DNA of 64,000 nt. Source: Bdellovibrionales bacterium GWB1_55_8 (lineage in GTDB: Bacteria; Bdellovibrionota; UBA1018). Positions 54,334 to 64,000 of the stretch are shown in pieces. The stretch spans positions 24,683-88,682 of the forward strand of contig MEPR01000035.1 in the NCBI GenBank assembly GCA_001769835.1, written 5' to 3'. The notes under the pieces are model-generated. The model did not search any database, was not told where the DNA came from, and was given only the letters and a program-made list of their open reading frames with translations. The translations under genes and the position numbers were made by a program. The first letter of the stretch is position 1, and the number at the start of each line of letters is the position of its first letter.

Positions 54334-54966
54334 ATGTCTCAACAATCTTACGCCCGCACTTTCTCCGAAACCGAAGTTCAGATCCTGGAAGCCTTCCTGA
54401 GATGCTGCAGCCGAACGGGAGTCGAGAGCGTCACTCTGGCGGAAATTTCGAAAGAAGCGGAACTCGCGTTCGGCACTGTTCACTATTATTTCGGAGGAAA
54501 AAAGAGACGGGACCTCCCCCTTTCGGCCGCGGTGCATGTCGCACGGAAGGCACAGGAGTTCACATCCCGGCTTGTGGACCAAGCCTCCCACCAGGAACAC
54601 TATGACCCTATTGCCAGCTACATCCGGTCCACCTTTGCCTGGGCGCGAAGCCACGAGGTGCACGCGAGCTATTGGATTCACCATCTCTATTTGACCTCCA
54701 TCCGATCGAAGCTTCGCGAGATCAACGGGACTGTGATTTCCAAAAGTAGAAAGAAGGTGGAAGGCCTACTGTTTGAGTCAACCGGCAGAGGCCGGGCGAC
54801 TACATCCAAGAACCCGGCACTTCAAGCGTCCCAGATTCATTCACTTCTCATGGGCTGCCTCACTCTTGGGCTCACCGATCCCACTCCCGGCGCACTGGAC
54901 CGGGAAGAACGGAGCGCACTCTCTGGAGTGAACGCCATGATGTCCGAGGCCGGCCGAGCGCTTTGA
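54334..54966 (+). CDS. TetR/AcrR family transcriptional regulator
   Basis: N-terminal HTH TLAEISKEAELAFGTVHYYF. Confidence 0.8.
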   Translation: MSQQSYARTFSETEVQILEAFLRCCSRTGVESVTLAEISKEAELAFGTVHYYFGGKKRRDLPLSAAVHVARKAQEFTSRLVDQASHQEHYDPIASYIRSTFAWARSHEVHASYWIHHLYLTSIRSKLREINGTVISKSRKKVEGLLFESTGRGRATTSKNPALQASQIHSLLMGCLTLGLTDPTPGALDREERSALSGVNAMMSEAGRAL

Positions 54967-55078
54967 TTTTATCTCTCTACTGAATCGGTTTCAGAGATCT
55001 TTTTTCAGCCAGAAATCAGGCAGTTTCTTTGGGCCTTTTTCGTTAGACTTTTTCAACATAATCCGAGAGTTTTGACCC

Positions 55079-57307
55079 ATGACGATCCTCCGAAAAGAGG
55101 GGCGAGAGAAGGCCCGGGGTGCGGCCTTTTACGTCGACGATATCGCCTTTTCCAACCTCTTGCATGGCACGACCGTGAGAAGCTCGATTGCGCGTGGGTG
55201 CATCAGCGGAATTTCATACCTTCCGGGTGTGCCCTGGGACGAATTCACGATCGTCACGTCCAAAGACATTCCTGGAAAGAATTGCATCGCCCACATCCTT
55301 CACGATCAGCCCTGCCTTGCAGACGGTCTGATTAATCACCCTGAAGAACCCGTGGTGCTCCTGGCTCATCCCGACCGCCACGTTCTTGAGAAGGCAAGAA
55401 GGCTCGTCCAGATCGAAACAAAAGAACTCCCTGCGGTCTTCACGATCGAAGACTCGCTGGCGAGGAAGCAGGTCATCTGGGGAGCGGACAACCTTTTTAA
55501 GTCCCTGCTCATCGAAAAAGGCAATGTAGATTCCGTCTGGGCTGGTGCGGACCGGATCATCGAGGGAGAGTATTCAACCGGAGCTCAGGAGCAGCTTTAT
55601 CTTGAGCCCAACGGAATGGTGGCCAAGGCGGACAACTTAAGCGGCGTCACCGTCTGGGGTTCGATGCAATGCCCCTTTTATGTGCACCATGCCCTGGTAA
55701 CCGCACTGGGATTGCAGGCGGACAAAGTCCGGGTGATTCAGACTGAAACTGGCGGCGGCTTCGGTGGCAAAGAGGATTACCCTTCCGTGATCGCCACCCA
55801 TGCGGCCCTGCTCTCCCTGAAAGCAGGAAAACCGGTCAAAATGATTTACGATCGGGCAGAGGACCTCGCCGCGACAACCAAGCGCCATCCTTCGCGCACG
55901 CGCCACAAGACAGCCGTGAGCAAATCCGGGAAACTTCTGGGAATGGAAGTGGACTTCGCTATCGATGGCGGAGCCTACGCGACGATTTCATCGGTGGTGC
56001 TCTCACGTGGCGCCATTCACGCCGCCGGCCCTTACCTCTGCCCAAACGTTCGCATTCGCGGACATGCGGTCGCAACGAACTCGCCCCCGAATGGGGCTTT
56101 TCGCGGCTTCGGAGCGCCCCAAAGCATCTTTGCGCTCGAGCGCCACATGGACACGATTGCGGCCGAGCTTGGGATCCCTCCCGAGGAACTCCGCAGAAGA
56201 AACTTCCTGCACCAGGGTGACCAGACAGCGACCGGGCAGGTCCTGCGCGAAAAGCCGGATATGGAAGGACTGCTTGAGAAAGCGCTGAATGCCGCTGGCT
56301 ATCACGAAAAACGAAAGGCGTTCGCCGAAGCGAACGCCAATCCTGAAACTCGCGTGAAAAAAGGGATCGGGTTTTCCGCCTTCATGCATGGAGCGGGATT
56401 CACGGGCTCCGGAGAAAAGATGCTTGCATCAGTTGCGGCCGTGCAAGCCACCGCCGCAGGTCGTATCGAAGTGCTGGCATCCAGCACTGAAATCGGGCAG
56501 GGCGCGAACACGGTATTCGCCCAGATCGTATCTCATGCGCTTGGAATTCCTTCGGACTGGGTGGACGTCGTCAGGCCTGACACTTCCATTGTACCGAACA
56601 GTGGCCCGACAGTCGCATCGCGGACGACCATGATCGTTGGGAAGCTGGTTGAAAACGCCGCACTTGGGCTCAGGGAGGTCCTTCGACAAAGCGGTCGCCT
56701 TGGGCTGAGTCATACCCCGAGCGATTTCCAGCAGGCGCTGAGTACCTATGTCCGCGAAGTGGGCCCACTTCGCTCGGACTCGACCTACAAACAACCCTCT
56801 CACATCGAGTGGGATGACATGAACTATCGGGGCGACGCGTACGGGACTTTTGCCTGGGCGGTTTACGTGGCCGAGGTGAGCGTCGATACCGTGACCTACG
56901 AGACGAAGGTGGATCACTTCGTCGCCGCGCAGGAGGTTGGAAAGGTCATTCACCCCATGCTCGCGGCCGGACAGATTGAGGGTGGCGTCACCCAGGGTAT
57001 CGGCTTCGCCATTTACGAGGAAGTGGTCAATCGGTCGGGCAGGATGGCCAACAATCGTTTGACGAATTACATCATCCCCACGTCGATGGATACGCCTAGA
57101 ATTCAGGTCATATTCGCGGAGAATCCGTATGCGCACGGGCCGCAGGGCGCCAAGGGAATCGGAGAACTCCCCTTGGACGGAGCGGCTCCCGCCATACTGA
57201 ACGCCGTCTCGTTTGCGACAGGAGCCCCCATCCACCAGATTCCGATGACTCCGGAACACCTGCTTCGCGCCCTGCACGGCGCGAAACCGGAGGGCCAACA
57301 GTTATGA
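55079..57307 (+). CDS. xanthine dehydrogenase/aldehyde oxidase family molybdopterin-binding subunit
   Basis: a/b-hammerhead N-terminus and MoCo-binding domains (GGGFGGKE, active-site region ...FRGFGAPQ..., C-terminal EVG...HP). Confidence 0.85.
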   Translation: MTILRKEGREKARGAAFYVDDIAFSNLLHGTTVRSSIARGCISGISYLPGVPWDEFTIVTSKDIPGKNCIAHILHDQPCLADGLINHPEEPVVLLAHPDRHVLEKARRLVQIETKELPAVFTIEDSLARKQVIWGADNLFKSLLIEKGNVDSVWAGADRIIEGEYSTGAQEQLYLEPNGMVAKADNLSGVTVWGSMQCPFYVHHALVTALGLQADKVRVIQTETGGGFGGKEDYPSVIATHAALLSLKAGKPVKMIYDRAEDLAATTKRHPSRTRHKTAVSKSGKLLGMEVDFAIDGGAYATISSVVLSRGAIHAAGPYLCPNVRIRGHAVATNSPPNGAFRGFGAPQSIFALERHMDTIAAELGIPPEELRRRNFLHQGDQTATGQVLREKPDMEGLLEKALNAAGYHEKRKAFAEANANPETRVKKGIGFSAFMHGAGFTGSGEKMLASVAAVQATAAGRIEVLASSTEIGQGANTVFAQIVSHALGIPSDWVDVVRPDTSIVPNSGPTVASRTTMIVGKLVENAALGLREVLRQSGRLGLSHTPSDFQQALSTYVREVGPLRSDSTYKQPSHIEWDDMNYRGDAYGTFAWAVYVAEVSVDTVTYETKVDHFVAAQEVGKVIHPMLAAGQIEGGVTQGIGFAIYEEVVNRSGRMANNRLTNYIIPTSMDTPRIQVIFAENPYAHGPQGAKGIGELPLDGAAPAILNAVSFATGAPIHQIPMTPEHLLRALHGAKPEGQQL

Positions 57308-57795
57308 GCGCTCCCAAGAAAATAAGCCTTCACTGCACGGTGAACGGGGAGCCACGCGAGCTGAACGCTTATCCGATGGCAAGACTTCTGGATGTTCTGC
57401 GCGAAGATCTTCGACTGACCGGCACGAAGGAAGGCTGCGGAGAAGGTGAATGCGGAGCCTGCGCCGTTATCCTGAACGGGGAACTGGTGAACAGCTGCCT
57501 GGTCCCGGCGATTCAGGTTCAGGGCGCTGAGATTCTGACGATCGAGGGTGCGGCAAACCATCCGATCGCGGCGCAGGTGCAAGAGGCATTTCTCAGGCAT
57601 GGAGGAGTCCAATGCGGCATCTGCAGCCCTGGAGTCATTCTTGCGGCGGCCAATCTTCTATCTCACGACAAAGCACCCTCCGAAGCAGACATTCGCGAAT
57701 CGCTCGCAGGAAACCTCTGCCGCTGCACCGGTTACTCGAAAATCGTTGATTCGGTGGCGTATGCCGCGTCAGATCTGAAGGGAACGCGGTCATGA
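57304..57795 (+). CDS. (2Fe-2S)-binding subunit of the molybdenum hydroxylase
   Basis: CGEGECGAC plant-type cluster and CRCTGY second cluster. The start overlaps the previous stop (ATGA). Confidence 0.85.
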   Translation: MSAPKKISLHCTVNGEPRELNAYPMARLLDVLREDLRLTGTKEGCGEGECGACAVILNGELVNSCLVPAIQVQGAEILTIEGAANHPIAAQVQEAFLRHGGVQCGICSPGVILAAANLLSHDKAPSEADIRESLAGNLCRCTGYSKIVDSVAYAASDLKGTRS

Positions 57796-58670
57796 GGGGT
57801 GACCCTGGAAATTTCGAAGTACTGACCCCGACCTCTTTACCCGAAGCGCTTCGGCTGATGTCGGAAGCGGCTCTCGATCAAGACAGTCCATTACTGAAGC
57901 CGCTGGCAGGCGGGACCGATCTCATGGTGCTCATGGAAATGGGCGCACTCCAGTGTGAAAGGTTTCTGAGCCTGCACGCCATAGACGAGTTGCGATCATT
58001 TCGCCCGGAAGAGGACAGCGTGGCGATCGGGGCCGCGATGACTTTCAGTCGCATTCGAACAGAGGCCATTCTCCGCGAGGAGTTTCCATTGCTTTGCGAA
58101 GCCGCAGGTCAGGTTGGTGCGCTCGCGATTCAGAACCGCGGCACTCTCGGTGGTAACATCGCGAATGCATCCCCGGCCGCGGACTCCGCTCCGGCGCTCC
58201 TGGCTTACGATGCGGAGCTTGAAATCGTCTCCCAGTCAGGTACACGACGCATCCCCTACTCCGCTTTTCATACGGGCTACAAGGAGATGCAACTCCGGCC
58301 CGATGAACTGATCAGATCCATCCTCCTTCCACGAAAGTGGAAAGGCTGCCATCAGTCTTTCAGAAAAGTGGGCGCCCGTGCGGCTCAGGCGATTTCGAAG
58401 GTTTCTTTTGCCGGCGTCCTCCGCATTTCCGACGGACTCATTCAGGAGGCGCGCATCGCGATGGGCAGTGTCGCTCCGACGCCGCTTCGATGCGTACATA
58501 CGGAAAGAGCGTTACAGGGGAAGAAACTGGACTTTTCTGCCATCGGACGTGCGAAAGAGGCGCTCTTCAAGGAAATATCTCCAGTAGATGACATTCGGTC
58601 CAATCGGGAATATCGCCTTCGTGTGTCGCTGAATCTGATCGAGGATTTCCTGCTCTCGGCCAGAAAATGA
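57792..58670 (+). CDS. FAD-binding subunit (CoxM/XdhA FAD_binding_5 plus CO-dehydrogenase flavoprotein C-terminal domain)
   Basis: LAGGTDLMVLM and GTLGGNIANASPAADS motifs. Confidence 0.8.
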   Translation: MRGDPGNFEVLTPTSLPEALRLMSEAALDQDSPLLKPLAGGTDLMVLMEMGALQCERFLSLHAIDELRSFRPEEDSVAIGAAMTFSRIRTEAILREEFPLLCEAAGQVGALAIQNRGTLGGNIANASPAADSAPALLAYDAELEIVSQSGTRRIPYSAFHTGYKEMQLRPDELIRSILLPRKWKGCHQSFRKVGARAAQAISKVSFAGVLRISDGLIQEARIAMGSVAPTPLRCVHTERALQGKKLDFSAIGRAKEALFKEISPVDDIRSNREYRLRVSLNLIEDFLLSARK

Positions 58671-58671
58671 T

Positions 58672-59472
58672 GTGACGATGATGTGGAACTGGATTACCCG
58701 AATTCACGACCTGACGAGAAAAGGCGATTCTTTCGTGATCGTCACGGTCACTCGTTGCAACGGGTCCACTCCGCGCGAGACCGGCGCGAAGATGCTGGTA
58801 TTATCCAATGAGCGAATTATCGGCACGATCGGCGGAGGCCAGCTCGAACAACAGGCTACCCGTGATGCTCTGGAGTGCCTGCGGCTGGGAACGACCAAAA
58901 CGATTACTTATCCGCTTTATGCCAGCGTCGGGCAATGCTGCGGCGGAGTCGTGGAGCTTCTGATGGAAACAGTGAATCGCAACCCGGTCCTTTATCTTTT
59001 CGGCGCAGGGCATGTCGGCCAGGCGCTTTGCAGGTCTCTTCATGGAACCTCGTTTGAGGTTCACGTGATTGACGAGCGTCAGGAGTGGATCGAATCCGAT
59101 GCGCTTCCCGCCGATGTGGTGAGACATTCAGGACCCTGGCAAAGCGTGCTCAACGAAATCACGTGGGATGAGGAACGGGCTTACGTCGCGATCATGACCC
59201 ACGACCATGGGCTGGACCTTCAGGTTCTCCAGGCTGTGATTGCAAAACCATCGCGGTACCTGGGAATGATCGGCAGCCAATCGAAATGGAAGTCATTCCA
59301 GAATCAGCTGCAGACGGCTGGCATAACCGAAAACCAGCTGGCACGCGTGCGATGCCCGATCGGAATTGAGATCGGCGGCAAGTCCCCGCAGGAAGTCGCC
59401 ATCAGCATCGCTGCCGAACTCATTGGCGTGCATCATCGCCAGATTCAACCCGGAGCGAGTGTTGGAAAATAG
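58672..59472 (+). CDS. XdhC/CoxI family molybdenum-cofactor insertion accessory protein
   Basis: N-terminal XdhC_CoxI region (FVIVTVTRCNGSTPRETGAKMLV) and C-terminal Rossmann-like LYLFGAGHVGQAL. Confidence 0.75.
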   Translation: MTMMWNWITRIHDLTRKGDSFVIVTVTRCNGSTPRETGAKMLVLSNERIIGTIGGGQLEQQATRDALECLRLGTTKTITYPLYASVGQCCGGVVELLMETVNRNPVLYLFGAGHVGQALCRSLHGTSFEVHVIDERQEWIESDALPADVVRHSGPWQSVLNEITWDEERAYVAIMTHDHGLDLQVLQAVIAKPSRYLGMIGSQSKWKSFQNQLQTAGITENQLARVRCPIGIEIGGKSPQEVAISIAAELIGVHHRQIQPGASVGK

Positions 59473-60142
59473 AATCATCCAAACTCCGCTGGTTCTGCTC
59501 GCGGGAGGTCAGTCCTCCCGGATGGGTGAACCCAAGGGATTGCTTCGGTTCGGGAAGCGCCGCTGGATCGAGGAGCAGCTCCATCGTTTCTCCTTTTGCG
59601 GCAACAAGGCCGTCGTGGTGCTGGGCTACGACCATGAAAAATACCTGGATGCGATTCCTGCGTTTCAAGACGCACTCCAGCTTTGGGCCCCCTGGCCCCT
59701 GCCTCACCGTGAGGAGCTTCAGCTTTCCGTTACCGTGAACCAGAAGCCGGAAAACGGCCCGTTTTCATCCCTTGGCCGCGGTCTGAATCGCCTTCTTCCG
59801 GATTCGGACGCTTTCATTTTGCCAGTGGACGTTCCCGTTGCAGTACCGGAAGTCTGGCGCCTTCTCGAGACGAGGGGGCGCCAGCGAAAACTCAGCGCCT
59901 GCATTCCGGAGCACCAGGGTAAGCGCGGGCACCCCGTCTGGCTTTCATCCCGATTTGCAGCTCACCTGAGGACGCTGGCGCCTGAATCGCCCGACAGCCG
60001 GCTCGACCAGCAGATCGCTGCCCTGGCCCAGCCACTAAGGGACACGATTGAGGTCACCGATCCCAAGGTGACCTGGAACATGAACACTCCGCAGGAATTC
60101 GCGGACATTAAGCAGAGACTTTCAAAGGAGTTCGTGCCGTGA
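59459..60142 (+). CDS. MobA-like NTP transferase (molybdenum cofactor cytidylyl/guanylyltransferase MocA/MobA-like)
   Basis: LVLLAGGQSSRMGEPKGLL glycine-rich motif. The start is a GTG/TTG at 59459/59462, just before the XdhC stop; the track's ATG at 59366 overlaps xdhC by about 100 nt. Confidence 0.65.
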   Translation: MLENRIIQTPLVLLAGGQSSRMGEPKGLLRFGKRRWIEEQLHRFSFCGNKAVVVLGYDHEKYLDAIPAFQDALQLWAPWPLPHREELQLSVTVNQKPENGPFSSLGRGLNRLLPDSDAFILPVDVPVAVPEVWRLLETRGRQRKLSACIPEHQGKRGHPVWLSSRFAAHLRTLAPESPDSRLDQQIAALAQPLRDTIEVTDPKVTWNMNTPQEFADIKQRLSKEFVP

Positions 60143-61479
60143 CAAAAACAATCGAACCGCTTCTCGTCCGGAATGGCCTGGTGCTCACGCTTGGAAAGAC
60201 AAACCAGGTCCTTCCCGGACACTCTGTATTGATCGAGGCCGCAAAGATTTCTCGAATTGCTCCTGACGCTGAGTTTCGGACGTATAAGGGCGCTGAAATT
60301 CAGGCCCGGGGCAAAGCCGTGCTTCCAGGATTCATCAACACCCACATGCATTTTTACTCCACCTTCGCGCGGGGCCTGATCAAGGCTGACCCTTCGCGCG
60401 ACTTCAATGAGATTCTCCGGAATCTCTGGTGGCGCCTGGATCGAAAACTCACCCTTGAAGACAGTTACATGAGCGCCATGATCCCGCTCATCGACTGCAT
60501 CCGAAAAGGCACTACAACCGTCATCGACCATCACGCCAGTCCAGGGGCGATTCGCGGATCGCTGCAGGCGATAGCGAACGCCGTTCAGGAATCCGGTCTT
60601 CGCGCTGCGCTTTGTTACGAGGTATCGGATCGGGACGGGGCCGAAATCACTGAACAGGGCCTTCTCGAAAACGTGGAATTCATCAAAGAGTGTCACAGAA
60701 ACCCGAGCGACAAGCTGAAGGGCCTGTTCGGGCTTCACGCATCCTTCACCGTTTCAGATCAAACGCTGAAGCGCGCGGTGGAACTCGCGTTCCCGCTGAA
60801 CGCAGGATTTCACGTCCACACGGCCGAAGCACTGAGCGATCAGGAAGAGTGCCTGCGCAACCATGGCATTCGCGTGGTGGAACGTTTCCGGAAGTTCGGA
60901 ATCCTTGGACCGAATACCATCTGCGCACATTGCGTTCACGTCGACGAAAACGAAATGGACCTCCTCGCGCGCACCGGAACCAGCGTGGTCCACAATCCTC
61001 AATCCAACATGAATAACGCGGTTGGCGTCGCGAACGTCCCGCGCATGGTCGAGAAAGGAATTTGTGTTGGGCTGGGAACCGACGCCATGACGGTGGACAT
61101 GCTGGAAGAGGCAAGGAGCGCTGTGTGGGCCCAGCGCCTGGGCCAACGCAATCCATCGGTGGGCTTCGTGGAAGCCATGCAAGCACTCACATTGAACAAC
61201 GGGCGGATTGCGGACCGCCATTGGAATCTTGGTCTTGGCGAACTGAAAGCGGGCGGCGCCGCTGATATTGCCATCCTGGACTATATTCCTCCAACTCCGA
61301 TCGGGCCAGAAAACGTGCTCGGACATATCTGCTTTGGGTTGGCCGAATCCCAGGTGGATACCACCATTTGTGGCGGCACCGTCCTGATGCAGGCAAAAGA
61401 ACTTAAAATTCCGATCGATGAGGAAAGAATTTCCGCTCGGTCGCGCGAACTGGCTTCCTCACTCTGGGCGCGGTTCTGA
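60139..61479 (+). CDS. SsnA-like chlorohydrolase/aminohydrolase (amidohydrolase superfamily)
   Basis: PGFINTHMHFYSTFARG, HTAE and further SsnA/guanine-deaminase-like metal-ligand motifs. Confidence 0.8.
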   Translation: MTKTIEPLLVRNGLVLTLGKTNQVLPGHSVLIEAAKISRIAPDAEFRTYKGAEIQARGKAVLPGFINTHMHFYSTFARGLIKADPSRDFNEILRNLWWRLDRKLTLEDSYMSAMIPLIDCIRKGTTTVIDHHASPGAIRGSLQAIANAVQESGLRAALCYEVSDRDGAEITEQGLLENVEFIKECHRNPSDKLKGLFGLHASFTVSDQTLKRAVELAFPLNAGFHVHTAEALSDQEECLRNHGIRVVERFRKFGILGPNTICAHCVHVDENEMDLLARTGTSVVHNPQSNMNNAVGVANVPRMVEKGICVGLGTDAMTVDMLEEARSAVWAQRLGQRNPSVGFVEAMQALTLNNGRIADRHWNLGLGELKAGGAADIAILDYIPPTPIGPENVLGHICFGLAESQVDTTICGGTVLMQAKELKIPIDEERISARSRELASSLWARF

Positions 61480-61544
61480 GGCAAGTTGCGGGAAATGCCC
61501 CTTTCAGCTATGTTTTTCAGACTTTCCGTTTATAGGAGTTCCCT

Positions 61545-64000
61545 TTGAAATACGTTCATCTGAGTGACGCCCAACTTCGGGCGGAGATCGAGAAATGTCT
61601 CTACTGCGCGGACAAGCCTTGCCTTGAGGCCTGCCCCTCGCACTGCTCCCCCGCTGACTTCATCATGGCGGCGAGGCGCGGAAAGGAGACGGACTTCGGA
61701 AGAGCGGCCGAGCTGATTCTGAGCAAGAACCCGATGGGCCATACCTGCGGAGTTGTTTGTCCTGACACTCTCTGCATGGACGCCTGCTCGCGAAAACATT
61801 TCGACGCACCGGTGAACATCCCCGCCATTCAGGCAGCGCTCATCGAGCGCGCACGCGGATCAGGGAGAATCAGAACACCGGAGCCAGCGGCTTTGAATGG
61901 AAAAAGGGTCGCCGTTATCGGCGCGGGCCCCGCGGGCCTGGCCGCAACAGCGAGCCTGGCAAGGAAAGGGTATTCAGTGGATCTCTTTGATTCACAGAAG
62001 AACCCGGGTGGCGCATGCCTCATGATTCCGGAAGACCGGCTTCCACGTACCGCATTGAAAGGCGACACGGACTACATCCTCAAGCTTGGGGCGATTCAGA
62101 CCCAGCTCGGAAAACCCGCGCCCGATCCTGCAAAGCTCTTGAAAGATGGCTTTGATGCCGTGCTCGTCGCGATCGGACAGCCTGAATCGGTCGGACTCGG
62201 AATTCCAGGCGAATCCCTTGCTGTTTCCTCGATCGAGTACCTCAGGAATCCATCAAAGTACCGCGGACGAAAACAAGTGGCGATTTTCGGAGGCGGAGCG
62301 GTAGCGACAGACTGTGCGATCATCGCGAGGAAAAACGGCGCTGCCTCGGTTGAACTCTTCGTCAGACGAACGATCGGTGAAATGCCTTTGACGGCACACG
62401 AGCGGCAGCAACTGCTCGATCTGCAGGTGGACATCACCACACGCACACGCGTACTCGGCATACGGCCCGCCGGAAAGAAGTTCACTTTGCGAACGGCAAA
62501 GCTTGAGCCCATTCCAGGGAAAGCAGATGCCAGAGCGCTGCGCGAAATCCCGGGCACAACGGTGAAACGACCCGGATTTGACCTGGTTGTGCTTGCGATC
62601 GGAAGCACCTGGAGCGGAGCAGACAAGAACAAGAAGATCATCCCGCTGGTTTTTTATGCAGGCGATTGCGTCGAAGGCGCCTCGACGGTGGTCGAAGCGG
62701 CAGCCTCAGGAAAAAACGCGGCGAACGAAATCGATCTCGCGCTGTCGAAGGCTACCACTGCCGAAAAGGCCGAACTCAAGAAGAGCAAGACACCCGGCTC
62801 GAAAAGCCGGATAAAAAGCCGCAGCTCCCTGGCCGGAATCGCCGGTAATCCGGTGGATCCGAAAGCGGATTTCTTCGGAATCCCGATTCGAAGTCCTTTT
62901 CTGCTCTCAGCCGCGCCTTCGACGGATGGTTTTGACCAGATGGTGAAGGCGTACGAAGCCGGCTGGGCGGGGGCCGTGATGAAAACCGCTTTTGACGGTC
63001 TTCATGTGCACATTCCGGGCGGCTACATGTTCACCTTCGGTGAAGGGGAAAAGACCCACGGCAATTGTGACAATGTTTCTGATCACCCGCTCGATCGGGT
63101 TTGCAGCGAACTGAAACAGATCAGGAAATTGTATCCCGACCGGCTGACCATGGCGTCGACGGGCGGTCCGGTCACCGGAAACGACGCGTCCGATGCACGT
63201 GTCTGGCAGGCAAACACGCTGAAGCTCGAGCAAGCCGGCGCGATGGGTGTCGAATACAGCCTTTCCTGCCCACAAGGAGGTGATGGCACCGAAGGTGACA
63301 TCGTTTCCCAGAACGCGGCCATCACAGCCAAGGTCATAGACTGGGTGATGCAGGTCAGCGATCCAGCGGTACCGAAGCTCTTCAAACTGACCGCCGCAGT
63401 CACCTCGATCAAACCGATTCTTTCGGCGATTCGCGAAGTGTTTGCCCGCTACCCCGGGAAAAAGGCGGGAGTGACTCTGGCTAACTCCTTCCCGGTCCTC
63501 GGGTTCCGTGAAGCCCCCGGAAGAAAGTGGCAGGAAGGCGTCGTTGTGGGAATGAGCGGCGAAGGCGTCGTTCCGATCAGCTATCTGACGCTGGCGAACG
63601 TCGCGAATTCCGGCGTGACCGTCTCCGGAAACGGCGGCGTCATGAATTATGAGGCGGCTGCAAACTTTCTCGCACTCGGGGCGCGTACGGTTCAGATGTG
63701 CACGATCGCGACTCACTACGGGCTCGGCATTATCAATGAACTGGAATCGGGCCTGAGCCATCTTTTGAAAGCCAAAGGCCTCAGCTCGGTGAAGGAACTG
63801 ATCGGGATCGCGCTTCCAAATCCCGTTACCGGGTTCATGGACCTTCCTGCGACAAAACAGGTCTCCGACGTTCAACCCGATATTTGCGAGAGCTGCGGCA
63901 ACTGCACCCGCTGCCCCTACCTTGCCATCACGCTCGACAAGAAAGGTCACCCGGTCACGGATGCCTCGCGCTGTGTGGGCTGCACCATCTGCGTGAAATC
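61545..64000 (+). CDS. YgfK/dihydropyrimidine-dehydrogenase-like Fe-S flavoprotein (GltD-like NAD/FAD domain plus DHODH/PreA-like TIM barrel plus 4Fe-4S ferredoxin), 3' end outside the window
   Basis: Hand translation from TTG 61545 (AGGAG SD at 61535) is open to the window end. CLYCADKPCLEACP, VAVIGAGPAGLA, GGDCVEGASTVVEAAASGKNAA, FGIPIRSPFLLSAAP, and near the end ICESCGNCTRCPY...CVGCTIC. It is not in the ORF track because there is no stop codon in the window. Confidence 0.7.
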   Translation, partial: MKYVHLSDAQLRAEIEKCLYCADKPCLEACPSHCSPADFIMAARRGKETDFGRAAELILSKNPMGHTCGVVCPDTLCMDACSRKHFDAPVNIPAIQAALIERARGSGRIRTPEPAALNGKRVAVIGAGPAGLAATASLARKGYSVDLFDSQKNPGGACLMIPEDRLPRTALKGDTDYILKLGAIQTQLGKPAPDPAKLLKDGFDAVLVAIGQPESVGLGIPGESLAVSSIEYLRNPSKYRGRKQVAIFGGGAVATDCAIIARKNGAASVELFVRRTIGEMPLTAHERQQLLDLQVDITTRTRVLGIRPAGKKFTLRTAKLEPIPGKADARALREIPGTTVKRPGFDLVVLAIGSTWSGADKNKKIIPLVFYAGDCVEGASTVVEAAASGKNAANEIDLALSKATTAEKAELKKSKTPGSKSRIKSRSSLAGIAGNPVDPKADFFGIPIRSPFLLSAAPSTDGFDQMVKAYEAGWAGAVMKTAFDGLHVHIPGGYMFTFGEGEKTHGNCDNVSDHPLDRVCSELKQIRKLYPDRLTMASTGGPVTGNDASDARVWQANTLKLEQAGAMGVEYSLSCPQGGDGTEGDIVSQNAAITAKVIDWVMQVSDPAVPKLFKLTAAVTSIKPILSAIREVFARYPGKKAGVTLANSFPVLGFREAPGRKWQEGVVVGMSGEGVVPISYLTLANVANSGVTVSGNGGVMNYEAAANFLALGARTVQMCTIATHYGLGIINELESGLSHLLKAKGLSSVKELIGIALPNPVTGFMDLPATKQVSDVQPDICESCGNCTRCPYLAITLDKKGHPVTDASRCVGCTICVK

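Noticed and set aside
62907-63950. 347-aa minus-strand ORF (also 61829..62068 and 62096..62641 minus)
   Set aside because: It lies entirely antisense to the long, motif-rich YgfK/DPD-like plus-strand reading frame (Fe-S and FAD motifs, SD plus TTG start). It is a typical GC-rich shadow ORF with no motifs.
1-64000. Scan for CRISPR arrays, rRNA, IS/transposase, integrase or phage structural genes
   Set aside because: None were recognised. The only phage-like element is the isolated S74 tail-fibre-type domain at 3520..3975, which has no neighbouring phage genes and is interpreted as domesticated.

Overview
This 64 kb window comes from a GC-rich Gram-negative bacterium with flagellar and type IV pilin genes; the lineage cannot be placed from sequence alone. 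Gene density is high and most of the content is ordinary chromosome: hemW, two sigma32-type promoters, grpE-dnaK-dnaJ, an LpoA-like lipoprotein, fliD-fliS, a TerC-family protein, a clostripain C11 peptidase, a DEAD-box helicase, an ABC-F ATPase, one tRNA-Ser(GGA), a hybrid histidine kinase, L-asparaginase, a purple-acid-phosphatase-like esterase, and a TetR regulator divergent from a molybdenum-hydroxylase island (XDH-family LSM subunits, XdhC, MocA-like, SsnA-like, and a YgfK/DPD-like Fe-S flavoprotein that runs off the 3' end of the window). Two regions look accessory and are not explained by standard annotation. (1) Positions 1-13.6 kb hold a dense cluster built around four radical SAM enzymes. 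Three are paralogs whose Cys-rich SPASM/twitch-like domain precedes the CxxxCxxC core; the fourth is a conventional rSAM with a C-terminal twitch/SPASM. Around them sit a PqqD-family RRE protein, a 151-aa protein that is essentially a phage-tail-fibre-type self-cleaving intramolecular chaperone domain (Peptidase S74-like, Ser-Lys dyad) with a 44-aa N-terminal peptide in the precursor position, a Wzm/Wzt-type ABC-2 exporter, a GT4 glycosyltransferase, a secreted amidohydrolase, an S24/S26-like peptidase, an unusually Cys-rich type IV pilin-like protein and a GT-C/TPR membrane glycosyltransferase. I read this as a candidate undescribed peptide/protein maturation system, possibly a RiPP with a self-excising follower domain and/or modification of the pilin-like protein. 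(2) Positions 40.0-48.8 kb hold a six-gene minus-strand operon, chained by overlapping start/stop codons, encoding a secreted clan-CD-peptidase-like protein, an MFS transporter, a GNAT-like two-domain protein, a LuxE-like acyl-protein synthetase, a LuxC-like reductase fused to a PaaK-like adenylation domain, and a stand-alone PaaK-like ligase. This looks like an acyl-activation/reduction pathway, perhaps for a lipid or N-acyl metabolite. No CRISPR array, rRNA, transposase or integrase was seen. Many ORFs in the supplied track are antisense shadows of real genes and are listed as rejected. The ORF track lists only ORFs closed by a stop codon, and it translates GTG/TTG starts as M.
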